The notes under the pieces are model-generated. The model was given only the letters and a program-made list of their open reading frames with translations. It was not told where the DNA came from and made no database searches. A DNA stretch of 63,567 bases, counting the filler, from an uncultured archaeon (GTDB lineage Archaea; Nanobdellota; Nanobdellia; Woesearchaeales; CAIVOO01), in assembly GCA_903842985.1 (NCBI GenBank). It is 6 parts of 6 records of this genome, joined end to end, with 100 filler letters (N's around TTAATTAATTAA, not from the genome) between each part and the next. Parts side by side here need not be neighbours in the genome. Positions count along the whole stretch, not along the records: positions 29,547 to 44,442 come from CAIMOB010000014.1; 5 more parts are not named here. One strand, 5' to 3'. This document shows, one piece after another, positions 29,548 to 39,612 of this stretch (within the stretch, counting starts at the first letter, position 1; every line of letters starts with the position of its first letter). Position numbers and translations under genes: made by a program.

Positions 29548-32500
29548 TATATTGATCATGGCGATTTTAACACAATTGAATCTATAACCTCATATAATGT
29601 TAATTATGGCGTGTATTTGAATTACGGCAATAATAATAGTTTAGTTGGGAATAATTTCGCACTCAGTTCATCTGATGGCGTGGAGGTTGTTACGTCTAAT
29701 GATAACACTATCACTGACAATATAATGAACAATAGCGGCACTTATGGAGTATATGTGTTGCATTCTAACGGAAATACTCTTACAGGCAACACAATAACAT
29801 CATCCAATTCAAGAGGATTATTTTTATCTGAAGGCAGCAACAACAATATTCTGAACAATAATATTACAGATAGTTATTGGGAAGGGATTTATATTGATGC
29901 TCCGTCTTCAGGCAACACATTCACAAATACATTTTCTTGCTACAATAATGAAGATGGGTCGAGTTATGATGTCAATGATTTTAATGGGGCAAACACTTTT
30001 TCAGCTACTACCTGTGATTCATCAAGTCCAGGCGGTTTATGCAATTTTAGCTGCCCTGTTCCGCCTGTATTGTGCGGAGACACAATCACAACAAATAAAA
30101 TATTAACTGGTAATCTGTCCTGCGGGGGTTTATCCTCATCAAGTTATGCATTAAGGATAGGCGCACCAGGTATAACTCTTGATTGCAACGGTTATTCTAT
30201 AAATGGATCCGGTACGGGAATCGGCGTAAAAATAATGAACTCAGTCTCAGGAGTTACAATTAAGAATTGCAATATTTCTATGTTCGGAAACGGAATACTC
30301 AGCAGCAGTGCCCAAGGCAATACCATTTTCAATAACACAATCAGCAATATCACCCAATACGCAATAGGCATTAGGCAAGCGACAAATTATACTATTGCTT
30401 ACAATGAAATAAGCAGCTCTAATGAGGGCGTGCATATTTTTGCATCTTCCAACTCCAATGTGTACAAAAATACCCTTGCCGGAAACACATATGGAGTTTC
30501 TGAAGCGCAATCAGATGGGACTATTTTAGACAATAATACCATCACAGCTAATACTGGTTCTGGAATTTATATGGATGGCAGTGCCTCTGCTTCGACGAAT
30601 GTCATCATTAAAAACAACAACATAAGCTCCAATAATAATTACGGAATTGATGTTAATGATTGTGATGGGTCACAGATTCTCAATAATATAATCAGCTTGA
30701 ACAATTACAGCGGAATTTACATATATAGTAATAAACCACATTCTGGTCATTTGATAATAAACAACACAATAGAATACAATGTTCAGCAGGATTGCAGTCT
30801 TGGCGGCTGTGGCGCAATGGCTGGAGTAGAACTTTACGGCGAAGATACATGCACCATAGAGAACAACAATGTTTCTTTCAATAATAATAATGGCGTCACT
30901 TTATACGAAACATACTCTTCAGGTCTTATCTCCAATAACATCGAGAACAACAATAATTTTGGCATATTGTTTGATTCAGGCGAAAGTAATACAATCAGCG
31001 GAAACACGCTCATAAATAACACCAATGTTGGCATAAGAGCCTACGGCAGCAGCAACATGATAACAAACAATGTTGTGCAGGGAGATGGTGTGTATAATTC
31101 AACAAGTGGGTTATATTATAGTGGGATATATTATGATTTAGGAGAAGGAAATTATTTCAGCGGAAACAAGGTTTCAGGATACGAATATGGAGCATATGTG
31201 GACTCTATCAATAGTTTCACGATCGATAATGATGAGTATTATAGCAACAATGTCAGCATTTATCTTAATAATGTGGGCAGTTCAGCTGTAATTGCAAATT
31301 CAAACATCCATGACAGCTGCGAAGGAATAACTGTTGCTGGGTTTTCAACTCCAGTAATAACCGACGACACATTCACAAACAATACCTGCGTCGGATTGCA
31401 TGCAACAGGCAGTTTAAATACAACCCTGCTGAACAGCAATTTCTATGACAATGGGTTCTGGGGAATGTTCGGAGAATCATCATCACCAATACAGTGGGTT
31501 GTCACTTCAACAGCTGTGTGCAGAAATTCAAACATTAACATTACAAATGGATTTTTGGTTCCATTTGGAGGAGTCCTTAATGCTGACAGCACCTGCTCAA
31601 TCTATATCAACGGAAGATACCTGAATACAACTGCAGGAGAGCAGGGAGCATTCATATTGCCATTGGACACAAGAATGGGCATGGGCAGTTGCGGCACTAA
31701 TTGCGATGTTTTAGGCGGTCGTAATTACAGTGTCGAAATAAAGGTTTATACAAATGAGTCAACCCAGGCGAATGTCACCATAGTTTTCGTTAATGAAAGT
31801 CCCGGATCAAATTCATTGAAGCTGCTGGGCAACTATATCAAGATAGAACATGACCCAATAAACATCAGTTTAGTAAAATTAATAATCTATTACAATGAAG
31901 CTGAGGTTAATGCTTCAGGATTAGACGAGAGCAAGTTAAGGATTGAATATTACAATACTAACACCAGCACTTGGGAGAAATACGATACTCCATGGGGAGG
32001 TGTTAATGTTAGTGACAATTATGTCTGGGCCAATTTAACCCACCTAAGCACATTTGGAATTTTCGGAAGCGCAGCATCAGGCAGCAGCCATAGCAGCGGC
32101 GGAGGATCCGGCGATGCTGTTACTGTCACCTGGCCTGACAGCGCAGACGGACTGAGGCTGAGGGCGGCAAGCAGCGGAAGCGTTGTTTATTTCAATGTAG
32201 CCAATGCCGGCTATACGCTGACAATCCCGGCTGTATCTGCAAACGGCGCGTTATTTGAAGTTGCATCATCATTTGTTACTTTGCTTCCCGGACAGAAGAT
32301 TAGCCTCGACGTGAATGGTGATGGGGCTGCAGACATATCAATAAGCGTGACATCCATATCATCTGGCTCTGCTGATGTATTTTTTGAAAGAGTCAGCGCA
32401 GCACCAGCGGCGGTTCTGCCTGGAATTTCCAATGCAACAGCGCCAAAAGAGGCAGCTAAGCCTGCAGCAGCAGCGCCTGCAAAAGAAGAGCTTAAAGCGC

Positions 32501-32634
32501 CTGCTGTTAAGGAGAAGAAAGCAGAGAATAAAAAGTCGAATATTGCAGCCACTGTTTCAATAATCGCAATATTCTTGATTCTGGTATTGATTGCATCTTA
32601 TATGATGCTCAGGAAGCGAAAACACCATTTTTAA
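29548..32634 (+). CDS. Large surface protein with NosD/parallel beta-helix repeats and C-terminal TM anchor, 5'-partial
   Basis: Many GIYL..S..N.I.NN repeats, CGDTIT..L..CNGYSI motif, THLSTFG domain, Ala/Pro/Lys linker, TM plus basic tail. Confidence 0.88.
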   Translation, partial: YIDHGDFNTIESITSYNVNYGVYLNYGNNNSLVGNNFALSSSDGVEVVTSNDNTITDNIMNNSGTYGVYVLHSNGNTLTGNTITSSNSRGLFLSEGSNNNILNNNITDSYWEGIYIDAPSSGNTFTNTFSCYNNEDGSSYDVNDFNGANTFSATTCDSSSPGGLCNFSCPVPPVLCGDTITTNKILTGNLSCGGLSSSSYALRIGAPGITLDCNGYSINGSGTGIGVKIMNSVSGVTIKNCNISMFGNGILSSSAQGNTIFNNTISNITQYAIGIRQATNYTIAYNEISSSNEGVHIFASSNSNVYKNTLAGNTYGVSEAQSDGTILDNNTITANTGSGIYMDGSASASTNVIIKNNNISSNNNYGIDVNDCDGSQILNNIISLNNYSGIYIYSNKPHSGHLIINNTIEYNVQQDCSLGGCGAMAGVELYGEDTCTIENNNVSFNNNNGVTLYETYSSGLISNNIENNNNFGILFDSGESNTISGNTLINNTNVGIRAYGSSNMITNNVVQGDGVYNSTSGLYYSGIYYDLGEGNYFSGNKVSGYEYGAYVDSINSFTIDNDEYYSNNVSIYLNNVGSSAVIANSNIHDSCEGITVAGFSTPVITDDTFTNNTCVGLHATGSLNTTLLNSNFYDNGFWGMFGESSSPIQWVVTSTAVCRNSNINITNGFLVPFGGVLNADSTCSIYINGRYLNTTAGEQGAFILPLDTRMGMGSCGTNCDVLGGRNYSVEIKVYTNESTQANVTIVFVNESPGSNSLKLLGNYIKIEHDPINISLVKLIIYYNEAEVNASGLDESKLRIEYYNTNTSTWEKYDTPWGGVNVSDNYVWANLTHLSTFGIFGSAASGSSHSSGGGSGDAVTVTWPDSADGLRLRAASSGSVVYFNVANAGYTLTIPAVSANGALFEVASSFVTLLPGQKISLDVNGDGAADISISVTSISSGSADVFFERVSAAPAAVLPGISNATAPKEAAKPAAAAPAKEELKAPAVKEKKAENKKSNIAATVSIIAIFLILVLIASYMMLRKRKHHF

Positions 32635-32677
32635 ACCTTGAGAAAGCTATTTAAACTTTTTCTATTTTCCATTTTGT

Positions 32678-33088
32678 ATGAAGAAGACAATACTTATTCC
32701 GGCGCTGACTCTTGGATTGCTAGTAGCGTCGCCGAAGTGCGCAGCTGCACAGGAGTTCAGCTGCGAAAAAATCATTAGTGGCAGGCTTGAGAATGCGCTG
32801 AAGTTCTACCAGAAGGCTGAGCCGACTACTGAAAACCTCTACTGCCTTGCTAACGCATACCGATTGATCAAGGAGCCTGACAAGGCAATTGAAACCTTTG
32901 CAAGAATAACTGCAGAATCTATGGAAAATGGCGAGCAGGAGCAGATACTTGCTTCATTGGCTTCAATTTATTTTGATAAGGGCGACTACAAGAAAATGAA
33001 GGAGTCCTACGAAGCGCTCCTGAAGCTGAATCCCAAGAGCCACTTCAGGGATCTGGCGCTGGAAAGGATGAAAGACGTTAACATTTAA
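32678..33088 (+). CDS. Secreted TPR-repeat protein
   Basis: Signal peptide; TPR patterns LANAY..KAIETF and LASIYF..GDY..YEALLKLNP. Confidence 0.8.
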   Translation: MKKTILIPALTLGLLVASPKCAAAQEFSCEKIISGRLENALKFYQKAEPTTENLYCLANAYRLIKEPDKAIETFARITAESMENGEQEQILASLASIYFDKGDYKKMKESYEALLKLNPKSHFRDLALERMKDVNI

Positions 33089-33114
33089 AAACTCCGGCTT
33101 CTTAGCGTATATTA

Positions 33115-33645
33115 ATGAAATTGGAAGGAAAAAGGATAATACTGAGGCCTTACAGGAAATCAGATGCCAATGACCTGGCTGAAAAAATAAACCACAAGGA
33201 TATTGCAAGATACACTACAAACATACCTTACCCATATTCGCTGGAAGACGCAAAGAAATTCATAAAAAGTTTGCAGGAGAAGGCAAAGAAAAAACAGCCA
33301 TGCTGTTTTGGGATATTTCTCAGGGAAAACAAGGAGTTTATCGGTGGTATAGGGATTCACAATATTAACTTCAAAAACAAAAACGCAGAAACAGGCTACT
33401 GGCTTAACAAGGATTACAGGGGAAATGGCTATGCAAAAGAGGCATTGGAGCTTGTTCTTGATTATGCATTTAAGAAACTGAAGTTAAGAAGGGTTTACGC
33501 CAAAGTAATGACACCCAACAAGCCATCATACAAGCTTCTTGAAAAAGTTGGCTTCAAAAAAGAAGGCACGCTGAGAAAAGAGATAGAAAAAAACAAAAAG
33601 ACATTGGATGTTTATATTTACGGATTATTAAAAGAGGAATTTTAA
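33115..33645 (+). CDS. GNAT acetyltransferase, RimJ/RimL family
   Basis: GYWLNKDYRGNGYA, NKPSYKLLEKVGFKKEG. Confidence 0.92.
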   Translation: MKLEGKRIILRPYRKSDANDLAEKINHKDIARYTTNIPYPYSLEDAKKFIKSLQEKAKKKQPCCFGIFLRENKEFIGGIGIHNINFKNKNAETGYWLNKDYRGNGYAKEALELVLDYAFKKLKLRRVYAKVMTPNKPSYKLLEKVGFKKEGTLRKEIEKNKKTLDVYIYGLLKEEF

Positions 33646-35363
33646 TGAAAAACCCTGAGCTGGCAAGGATTTTCTACGAGATAGCTGATATTCTTGAAAT
33701 GCAGAATGTGCAGTGGAAGCCGCAGGCATACAGGAAGGCGGCAAGGGCGATTGAAGCATTGTCAGAGGATGTTGAAGCGATTTACAGGAGAGGCGGGATA
33801 AAAGCATTGGAAGATATCAGAGGAGTGGGCGAAGGACTTGGAAAAAAGATAATAGAATTCATTGAAACAGGAAAAGTAAATGCATATGAAAAGCTCCAGA
33901 AGCAGATTCCAAAAGGAATTGACGAGCTGATGCAGGTGATGGGCATCGGGCCGAAGAAAGTCACTTTCCTCTACAAGAAACTCGGGATAAAATCAGTGAA
34001 GGCGCTTGAGAATGCAGTAAAGAAGCACAGGCTGAAGAATTTAAGCGGCTTCGGCGAGAAAACAGAGGAAAATATTCTAAAATCACTCCAGCTTTACAAG
34101 GCAGGAGGCGAGAGGCAGCTATTGGGGCTGACGCTTCCGCTTGCAGAAGAGATTGTCAGCCGGCTGAAAAGATTAAAAGAAGTAAATAATGTAAATTATG
34201 CAGGCTCATTGCGGAGGATGAATGAGACAGTCAGGGACATTGACATACTTGCAACTTCTTCAAGACCTGAAAAAGTAATTGACGCGTTCACAAGGCTTCC
34301 AGAGGTGCAGAGGGTTATTTCAAAGGGAACAACAAGAAGCACAGTAATACTGAAGGCAGGGATACAGGCAGACTTGAGGGTTGTCGACGACAAAAGCTAC
34401 GGCGCTGCAATGCAGTATTTCACAGGCAGCAAGGACCATAACATTAAATTGAGGCAGATTGCGATAAAAAAAGGATACAAATTATCAGAATACGGGCTTT
34501 TCAAGAGGACAGGGCAGTTTGTCACAGGAAAAACAGAAGAGGAAATCTACAAAAAACTAAATCTGCCCTACATCGAGCCGGAGCTGAGGGAAAACAGGGG
34601 CGAAATAGAAACAAAAGTGCTTCCAAAGCTAGTCCAGCTTAAAGATATCAAGGGAGATTTTCACATTCACACAACATGGTCAGATGGCGAAGATGAAATC
34701 GAAGAAATTGCAAAAGCTGCGCAAAAGCTCGGCTATGAATACATTGCGATAACAGACCATTCAAAATCAATGGCAATTGCAAATGGCCTTGATGAAAAAA
34801 GACTGCTGAAGCAGATGGCTGAAATAAAAAAATTAAACAGCAGATTCAGGAATTTCAGGATTCTTGCAGGCGCAGAGGTTGACATAAAGGCAGACGGCTC
34901 ATTGGATTTCCCCAACGAGATGCTGAAAAAGCTGGACATTGTTGTTGCTTCTGTCCACTCAGGATTCAAGTCAACAAAAGAAGAGATGACAAAAAGGGTC
35001 CTCAAGGCAATATCAAACCCGCTTGTTGACATTTTTGCGCATCCGACAGGCAGGCTAATCAACAAACGGCCAGGCTATGAGCTTGATTTCAAGCAGCTAT
35101 TCAAGGCAGCAAGGGAAAATAAGGTTTGCATTGAGATAAATAGCCAGCCGGAAAGATTGGACTTGAATGACATAAACATAAAATCAGCAGTTGACAGCAA
35201 AATAAAGCTGACAATCGGCACAGACACGCATTCGATTAACCAATTGGGGTTCATGGAGCTTGGAGTTGCCCAGGCAAGAAGGGGCTGGGCAGAGAAAAAA
35301 GACATTCTTAACACGCTTTCTTTGAAGGAGCTGCCGAAGCATTTCAGGAAGATAAAAGTGTAA
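33645..35363 (+). CDS. polX: DNA polymerase X with PHP exonuclease domain
   Basis: AYRKAA, GSLRR..TVRDIDIL, YFTGSKDHN, DFHIHTTWSDG, TDHS, HPTGR, GTDTH. Confidence 0.95.
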   Translation: MKNPELARIFYEIADILEMQNVQWKPQAYRKAARAIEALSEDVEAIYRRGGIKALEDIRGVGEGLGKKIIEFIETGKVNAYEKLQKQIPKGIDELMQVMGIGPKKVTFLYKKLGIKSVKALENAVKKHRLKNLSGFGEKTEENILKSLQLYKAGGERQLLGLTLPLAEEIVSRLKRLKEVNNVNYAGSLRRMNETVRDIDILATSSRPEKVIDAFTRLPEVQRVISKGTTRSTVILKAGIQADLRVVDDKSYGAAMQYFTGSKDHNIKLRQIAIKKGYKLSEYGLFKRTGQFVTGKTEEEIYKKLNLPYIEPELRENRGEIETKVLPKLVQLKDIKGDFHIHTTWSDGEDEIEEIAKAAQKLGYEYIAITDHSKSMAIANGLDEKRLLKQMAEIKKLNSRFRNFRILAGAEVDIKADGSLDFPNEMLKKLDIVVASVHSGFKSTKEEMTKRVLKAISNPLVDIFAHPTGRLINKRPGYELDFKQLFKAARENKVCIEINSQPERLDLNDINIKSAVDSKIKLTIGTDTHSINQLGFMELGVAQARRGWAEKKDILNTLSLKELPKHFRKIKV

Positions 35364-35408
35364 CCAGAATTCATAAGCTTTTTAAATACCTCTATATGAA
35401 ATATCTTT

Positions 35409-36506
35409 GTGAAAGCCAAAATACTGATTCCTTTTATGCTGCTGCTTCTTGCCAGCTTTGCCTATGCGCAGGATGAGAAAACCTGTGTATATTTCTTCTA
35501 CGGCAACGGCTGTCCGCACTGCGCAAGGGTTGAGCCGCTCATAAACCAGCTGACGCAGAGAGCTGATGTTGAGGTTAAGCAGTTTGAGATTTATTATGAC
35601 AGGGATAATGTAAATCTGCTGCAGCAGTACTTTAACGATTACAATGTTCCAGAAAACCAGAGGGGAATTCCGGTTGTGTTCATTGGAAATACATACTTAT
35701 CGGGCGACACGCCGATTCTTGATGAGCTGGAAAAGACAATTAAAAATGAAAAAGGGGCAGTGTGCCCTGTGCTTGGCCAGGACAACAAGACAGGAATAAG
35801 CGGGCCAACATCGCCCACATCGCAGGTTCACGCATTGTCAATCATGACTGTGATTGGCGCTGCGATTGTCGACTCAATCAACCCGTGCGCAATAGCTGTT
35901 TTGCTGATACTGCTTGGGACGCTTCTTTCAGCAGGGCATAGGAAAAGGGCGCTGAAGTCAGGCATAGCATTCATTGTCTCAATTTACATTGTATATTTCC
36001 TTTTCGGCCTTGGGATTTTCCAGGCGCTGAGGATTTCAGGCTTATCATTATGGTTCTACAAAATCATAGGAGTACTGGCAATCTTGATAGGTCTTGCAAA
36101 TCTGAAGGATTACTTCTGGTATGGCAAGATTTTTGTGACAGAGATACCAAGGAGATGGAGACCGACACTGAAAAAGATGCTCAAGCATGTCACTTCGCCT
36201 GCAGGCGCATTTGTCATGGGCTTTGTTGTCTGCCTCTTTGAACTGCCGTGCACAGGCGGTCCTTACCTGTTTGTCCTCGGGCTTCTGGCTGAAAAAGCAA
36301 CAGAGATTGTTGCAATCCCGACATTATTGCTGTACAACATATTTTTCGTGCTTCCGCTTGTGATAATCACGCTGTTCATATTCATCGGGCGCACAAGCAT
36401 AGAGAAGACAGAAAGTTGGAAGGACAAGAATCTGAGGGTGCTTCACCTGATTGCCGGAATTATAATGCTCGCATTGGGATTACTGGTTGTAACAGGAATT
36501 CTCTAA
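35409..36506 (+). CDS. Thioredoxin-fold plus CcdA/DsbD-type transmembrane electron-transfer protein
   Basis: Signal peptide, CPHC, DSINPCA and ELPCTG. Confidence 0.88.
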   Translation: MKAKILIPFMLLLLASFAYAQDEKTCVYFFYGNGCPHCARVEPLINQLTQRADVEVKQFEIYYDRDNVNLLQQYFNDYNVPENQRGIPVVFIGNTYLSGDTPILDELEKTIKNEKGAVCPVLGQDNKTGISGPTSPTSQVHALSIMTVIGAAIVDSINPCAIAVLLILLGTLLSAGHRKRALKSGIAFIVSIYIVYFLFGLGIFQALRISGLSLWFYKIIGVLAILIGLANLKDYFWYGKIFVTEIPRRWRPTLKKMLKHVTSPAGAFVMGFVVCLFELPCTGGPYLFVLGLLAEKATEIVAIPTLLLYNIFFVLPLVIITLFIFIGRTSIEKTESWKDKNLRVLHLIAGIIMLALGLLVVTGIL

Positions 36507-36524
36507 ATAAGATATTTTAGAATG

Positions 36525-36887
36525 CTAATGCACCGGGAAATACAGCAGCTCCCCATTTTTTCTAAATGACCTGATGTACTCAGGAAGTTCAACAACAAAC
36601 TGCCATTTTCTTGCTTTAAAATATGTCCAGGCAATCTTCCTTATTCCTTTATCTTTAATTGATGAAACATAGGCAGTCTGCCTGTTTGGGGTATAGTTCG
36701 AAAGCTCATCAAGGGCATCATTCACCTGCAGTTCATCAATGCCAGTTTCTGCAAGTATGCACAGCTCGCTTATTTTTTTGAATTGTTCAGGGTCGTTCTC
36801 AAGCGCCTGATCGAGCGTGACTTTTGAAACCACTTTTTTGCCCAGCATCTTTTCCAGGTACTGCATCTGTTTCATAACTTCGTCCAT
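36525..36887 (-). CDS. Hypothetical protein
   Basis: Fills the gap between genes; host-like codon usage. Confidence 0.6.
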   Translation of the reverse strand: MDEVMKQMQYLEKMLGKKVVSKVTLDQALENDPEQFKKISELCILAETGIDELQVNDALDELSNYTPNRQTAYVSSIKDKGIRKIAWTYFKARKWQFVVELPEYIRSFRKNGELLYFPVH

Positions 36888-36959
36888 AAAATGGGAATAA
36901 CCTGCTTATTTTTATATTTTTAGATAAGATTTAAAAAGAGTGATTTTTAACTATAATAT

Positions 36960-37685
36960 ATGTTATTATACATCCTTATCTCAGTGGTCATTGTAAGCCT
37001 GCTTTCTTTTTCAGGCCTCGTCTTCATTTCAATGAGGCAGAAGGCGCTTGACAGAATACTTCTTGTGCTGATTGCGTTTGCCTCAGGCGCATTGCTTGGG
37101 GACGCATTCATCCATCTGCTTCCTGAGTCAGTTGAAGCAGGGCTTAAATCATCATTCATCTACGTCATTCTGGGAATGCTTCTTTTCTTTGTGCTGGAAA
37201 AATTCATACACTGGAGGCACTGCCACAAAGGAAAGTGCGATGTGCACCCGTTTGCCTATCTTAATTTAATTGGCGATGGAGTGCATAACTTCATTGACGG
37301 CCTGCTTATTGCAGCATCGTATCTCGCAAGCTTCCAGATTGGCATCGCAACAACAATAGCAGTCATTGCCCACGAGATTCCGCAGGAGATTGGCGACTTC
37401 GGTGTCCTGGTCTACGGCGGATTCACAAGGGCAAAGGCGCTTTTCTATAATTTTCTCTCTGCGCTTACAGCTGTTGCAGGCGCATTAGTCGGATACTTCT
37501 CAGTTGCATACTTTAACACAGCTGTGCTTGTCCCGTTTGCAGCAGGCGGATTCATCTACATCGCCGCAACTGATTTGATACCTGAACTGCACAAGAAAAC
37601 AAAAATCTCAGAATCAGTTGAGCAGCTGATTTTCATAGTTGTCGGCATCGGCCTGATGTGGGCGCTGAAGCTGGTGTTTGCCTAG
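36960..37685 (+). CDS. ZIP-family metal transporter
   Basis: HLLPE, HWRHCH, DGVHNFIDG, HEIPQEIGDF. Confidence 0.93.
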   Translation: MLLYILISVVIVSLLSFSGLVFISMRQKALDRILLVLIAFASGALLGDAFIHLLPESVEAGLKSSFIYVILGMLLFFVLEKFIHWRHCHKGKCDVHPFAYLNLIGDGVHNFIDGLLIAASYLASFQIGIATTIAVIAHEIPQEIGDFGVLVYGGFTRAKALFYNFLSALTAVAGALVGYFSVAYFNTAVLVPFAAGGFIYIAATDLIPELHKKTKISESVEQLIFIVVGIGLMWALKLVFA

Positions 37686-37996
37686 CTTTGTAAATAAACT
37701 TCTGTCCTGATTAGTTTCTTTGTTTTTGTGTAAGCAAAGAATACATAGCTGTCCAGGGCAGGCATCTTTCCTACGTCTGTTTTGAATTCTGAAAGATTCT
37801 GCCTGATGTAGCCCTCGAATCTGCTGAAGCCTGTATTTTTTGCAAGGTGCGCATTCAAATGAATGCCTTCATTGGCCTGCTCGAGCCTGAAATCCTTGAG
37901 CAGGTCAAGCGAGAATATCTTTTCAACCAGCTTAAGCTGTTCGCTGTCTATGTTAAGCCCGCCAAGGATGAATCTTACTGCTGTCTCGTTGTCCAT
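37682..37996 (-). CDS. Hypothetical protein
   Basis: MDNETAVRF...; convergent with the ZIP gene. Confidence 0.55.
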   Translation of the reverse strand: MDNETAVRFILGGLNIDSEQLKLVEKIFSLDLLKDFRLEQANEGIHLNAHLAKNTGFSRFEGYIRQNLSEFKTDVGKMPALDSYVFFAYTKTKKLIRTEVYLQS

Positions 37997-38081
37997 CTTA
38001 TTTTTCAAAAGCCCCAAATATATATTGCTTGCGCAACATTTAAAAACAGCAAAAACAAAACCAGATAAAAGAGGTGACAAT

Positions 38082-38270
38082 ATGGCAAATAAGGAATCTT
38101 GCATGAGCTACGAGCAGGTTGAAAGCATAGAAGGGGACATAAGGGACATTCTCAACTGGATAGCAACTTTCAAGCAGGAGTATGACATTCCGGCAGAGGT
38201 TGAGAAGACGCTGAAGAAGAAGCTTCAGGCGCTTGCAAAGAAAGTCGGCGGCGCGAAAGTGCTGAAATAA
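38082..38270 (+). CDS. Small hypothetical helical protein
   Basis: GAGGTGA Shine-Dalgarno before ATG 38082 (MANKESCMSYEQ...). Confidence 0.65.
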   Translation: MANKESCMSYEQVESIEGDIRDILNWIATFKQEYDIPAEVEKTLKKKLQALAKKVGGAKVLK

Positions 38271-38888
38271 TTATTTCATTTCTTTTTTAACTTTATTCCC
38301 TAATTTATGCGCCAGATGAAGCGGTTCAGGCAGCTTGTGCGGGAATCTTATGCAGTTCTTTATTATTTCAACGCTTGTTTTCAGGGAAATCCTGTGCCCG
38401 AGCGAGACAATGACTGGATTTGCCTTTTCTTTTGTTGAAATCGCATAGCCCCTTGCCTTGCCTTCAACCATTATTTTATTTCCGGAAATCTCTCCGACAA
38501 TCAATTTATTCGCAATCCCGATTGTCGCCTGGTCCAGAACCAGCCCGGCGTGCGATGCAATTCCCAGGCCGCGCGGATGAGTTATGCCGTGCCCGCCGAC
38601 AATCAAAACATCAGGTTTTACATCAAGCTTGCCGTAGGCTTCGACAATCGCAGGCAGCTCGCGGTAAGCCCTTAATCCAGGGATGTATTTCAGCTTCGAC
38701 TCTGTGACAGCATACTGCTCCTCAATTATATTCATTGTTCTGTAATCGCAGACAACAATTGCAGAAATAATCTTATTGTCTGTGAATGTCTGGTCAACTC
38801 CTCCAACAGTCTCTAGCTTTTCAAAAGAATCCTTCAGAATTACTTTCCTAGCCAGCTCTGTCTGCTCTTTCTGTAATTTGTTCAACAT
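38271..38888 (-). CDS. nfi: Endonuclease V with a catalytic Asp-to-Gly change
   Basis: GGVD, YIPGL.AYRE, VGGHGITHPRGLGIASH, IGIA, VSLGH, LPEPL..AH. Confidence 0.9.
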   Translation of the reverse strand: MLNKLQKEQTELARKVILKDSFEKLETVGGVDQTFTDNKIISAIVVCDYRTMNIIEEQYAVTESKLKYIPGLRAYRELPAIVEAYGKLDVKPDVLIVGGHGITHPRGLGIASHAGLVLDQATIGIANKLIVGEISGNKIMVEGKARGYAISTKEKANPVIVSLGHRISLKTSVEIIKNCIRFPHKLPEPLHLAHKLGNKVKKEMK

Positions 38889-39612
38889 TTTGATCGTCTC
38901 TCATGTCAGCATGCAGCTTTTCCAGCTGCAGCTGCGGCCGCTCTGCGATGTCGTAGTCAAAGCCGACAGCAAAAAGCCTTCTGTAAGGCGGGCGCATGGA
39001 GTGGCGTTTGTTGAACCCCTCCACAATCTTATCGAGATTCTTGAAATCCTCGTATGTTCCCGGAGAAATGAGGGTTATCTGCGACGATGGGCCGTAGGCG
39101 TCAATAATGCCCTGCGGCGCGTACTTCCTTATCACATCCATTGTGTCTGAAAATATGTTGAATCGGTCCTCGTCTATTATGTCCAGCGGCATTCCGTTCT
39201 CGCGTATTTCGAAAAATACCATTGTAACAGCTGACTCCAGAGATTTTTTAAGGAGCGTGTAGGAGAAAAGATGATTTGCATAAGGCAGCGACTGCCTGTT
39301 TTCCAAGTAAAGCGACTGCATGTATTTTCTTTTATTGGACCTCCTCCAGGCATCAACTGCAAGGAACACGTCTGTATTCGTGATTCCATATGCCTCGATT
39401 TTGTGCATCTCTTTTTCCCTTTCAGCAAACGCTTCCCTGCGGATTTTTTCAGCCAGCTCGTCTGAGCCGAGGTTTTTCCTAAGGTGGTTGATGCAGCCCA
39501 TCTCGTCAGAAGAGGCAGCATTAACTGCACTGTAAAGTGTCTTTGTCTCAAAGACAGCGCTGCACGTCGGGCACTGCGAGTATTTAGTACACTCTGTCAT
39601 CTGTTTTGTCAT
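38848..39612 (-). CDS. Hypothetical protein: Cys-rich N-terminus plus degenerate GGDEF-like domain
   Basis: CTKYSQCPTC; C-terminal half aligns by eye with the neighbouring ORF. The domain call is tentative. Confidence 0.6.
   Translation of the reverse strand: MTKQMTECTKYSQCPTCSAVFETKTLYSAVNAASSDEMGCINHLRKNLGSDELAEKIRREAFAEREKEMHKIEAYGITNTDVFLAVDAWRRSNKRKYMQSLYLENRQSLPYANHLFSYTLLKKSLESAVTMVFFEIRENGMPLDIIDEDRFNIFSDTMDVIRKYAPQGIIDAYGPSSQITLISPGTYEDFKNLDKIVEGFNKRHSMRPPYRRLFAVGFDYDIAERPQLQLEKLHADMRDDQNVEQITERADRAG

Noticed and set aside
29548..31500. AAC/AAT-rich tracts as a DGR template repeat
   Set aside because: They are Asn codons of beta-helix repeats and show no similarity to the variable region at 20-110.
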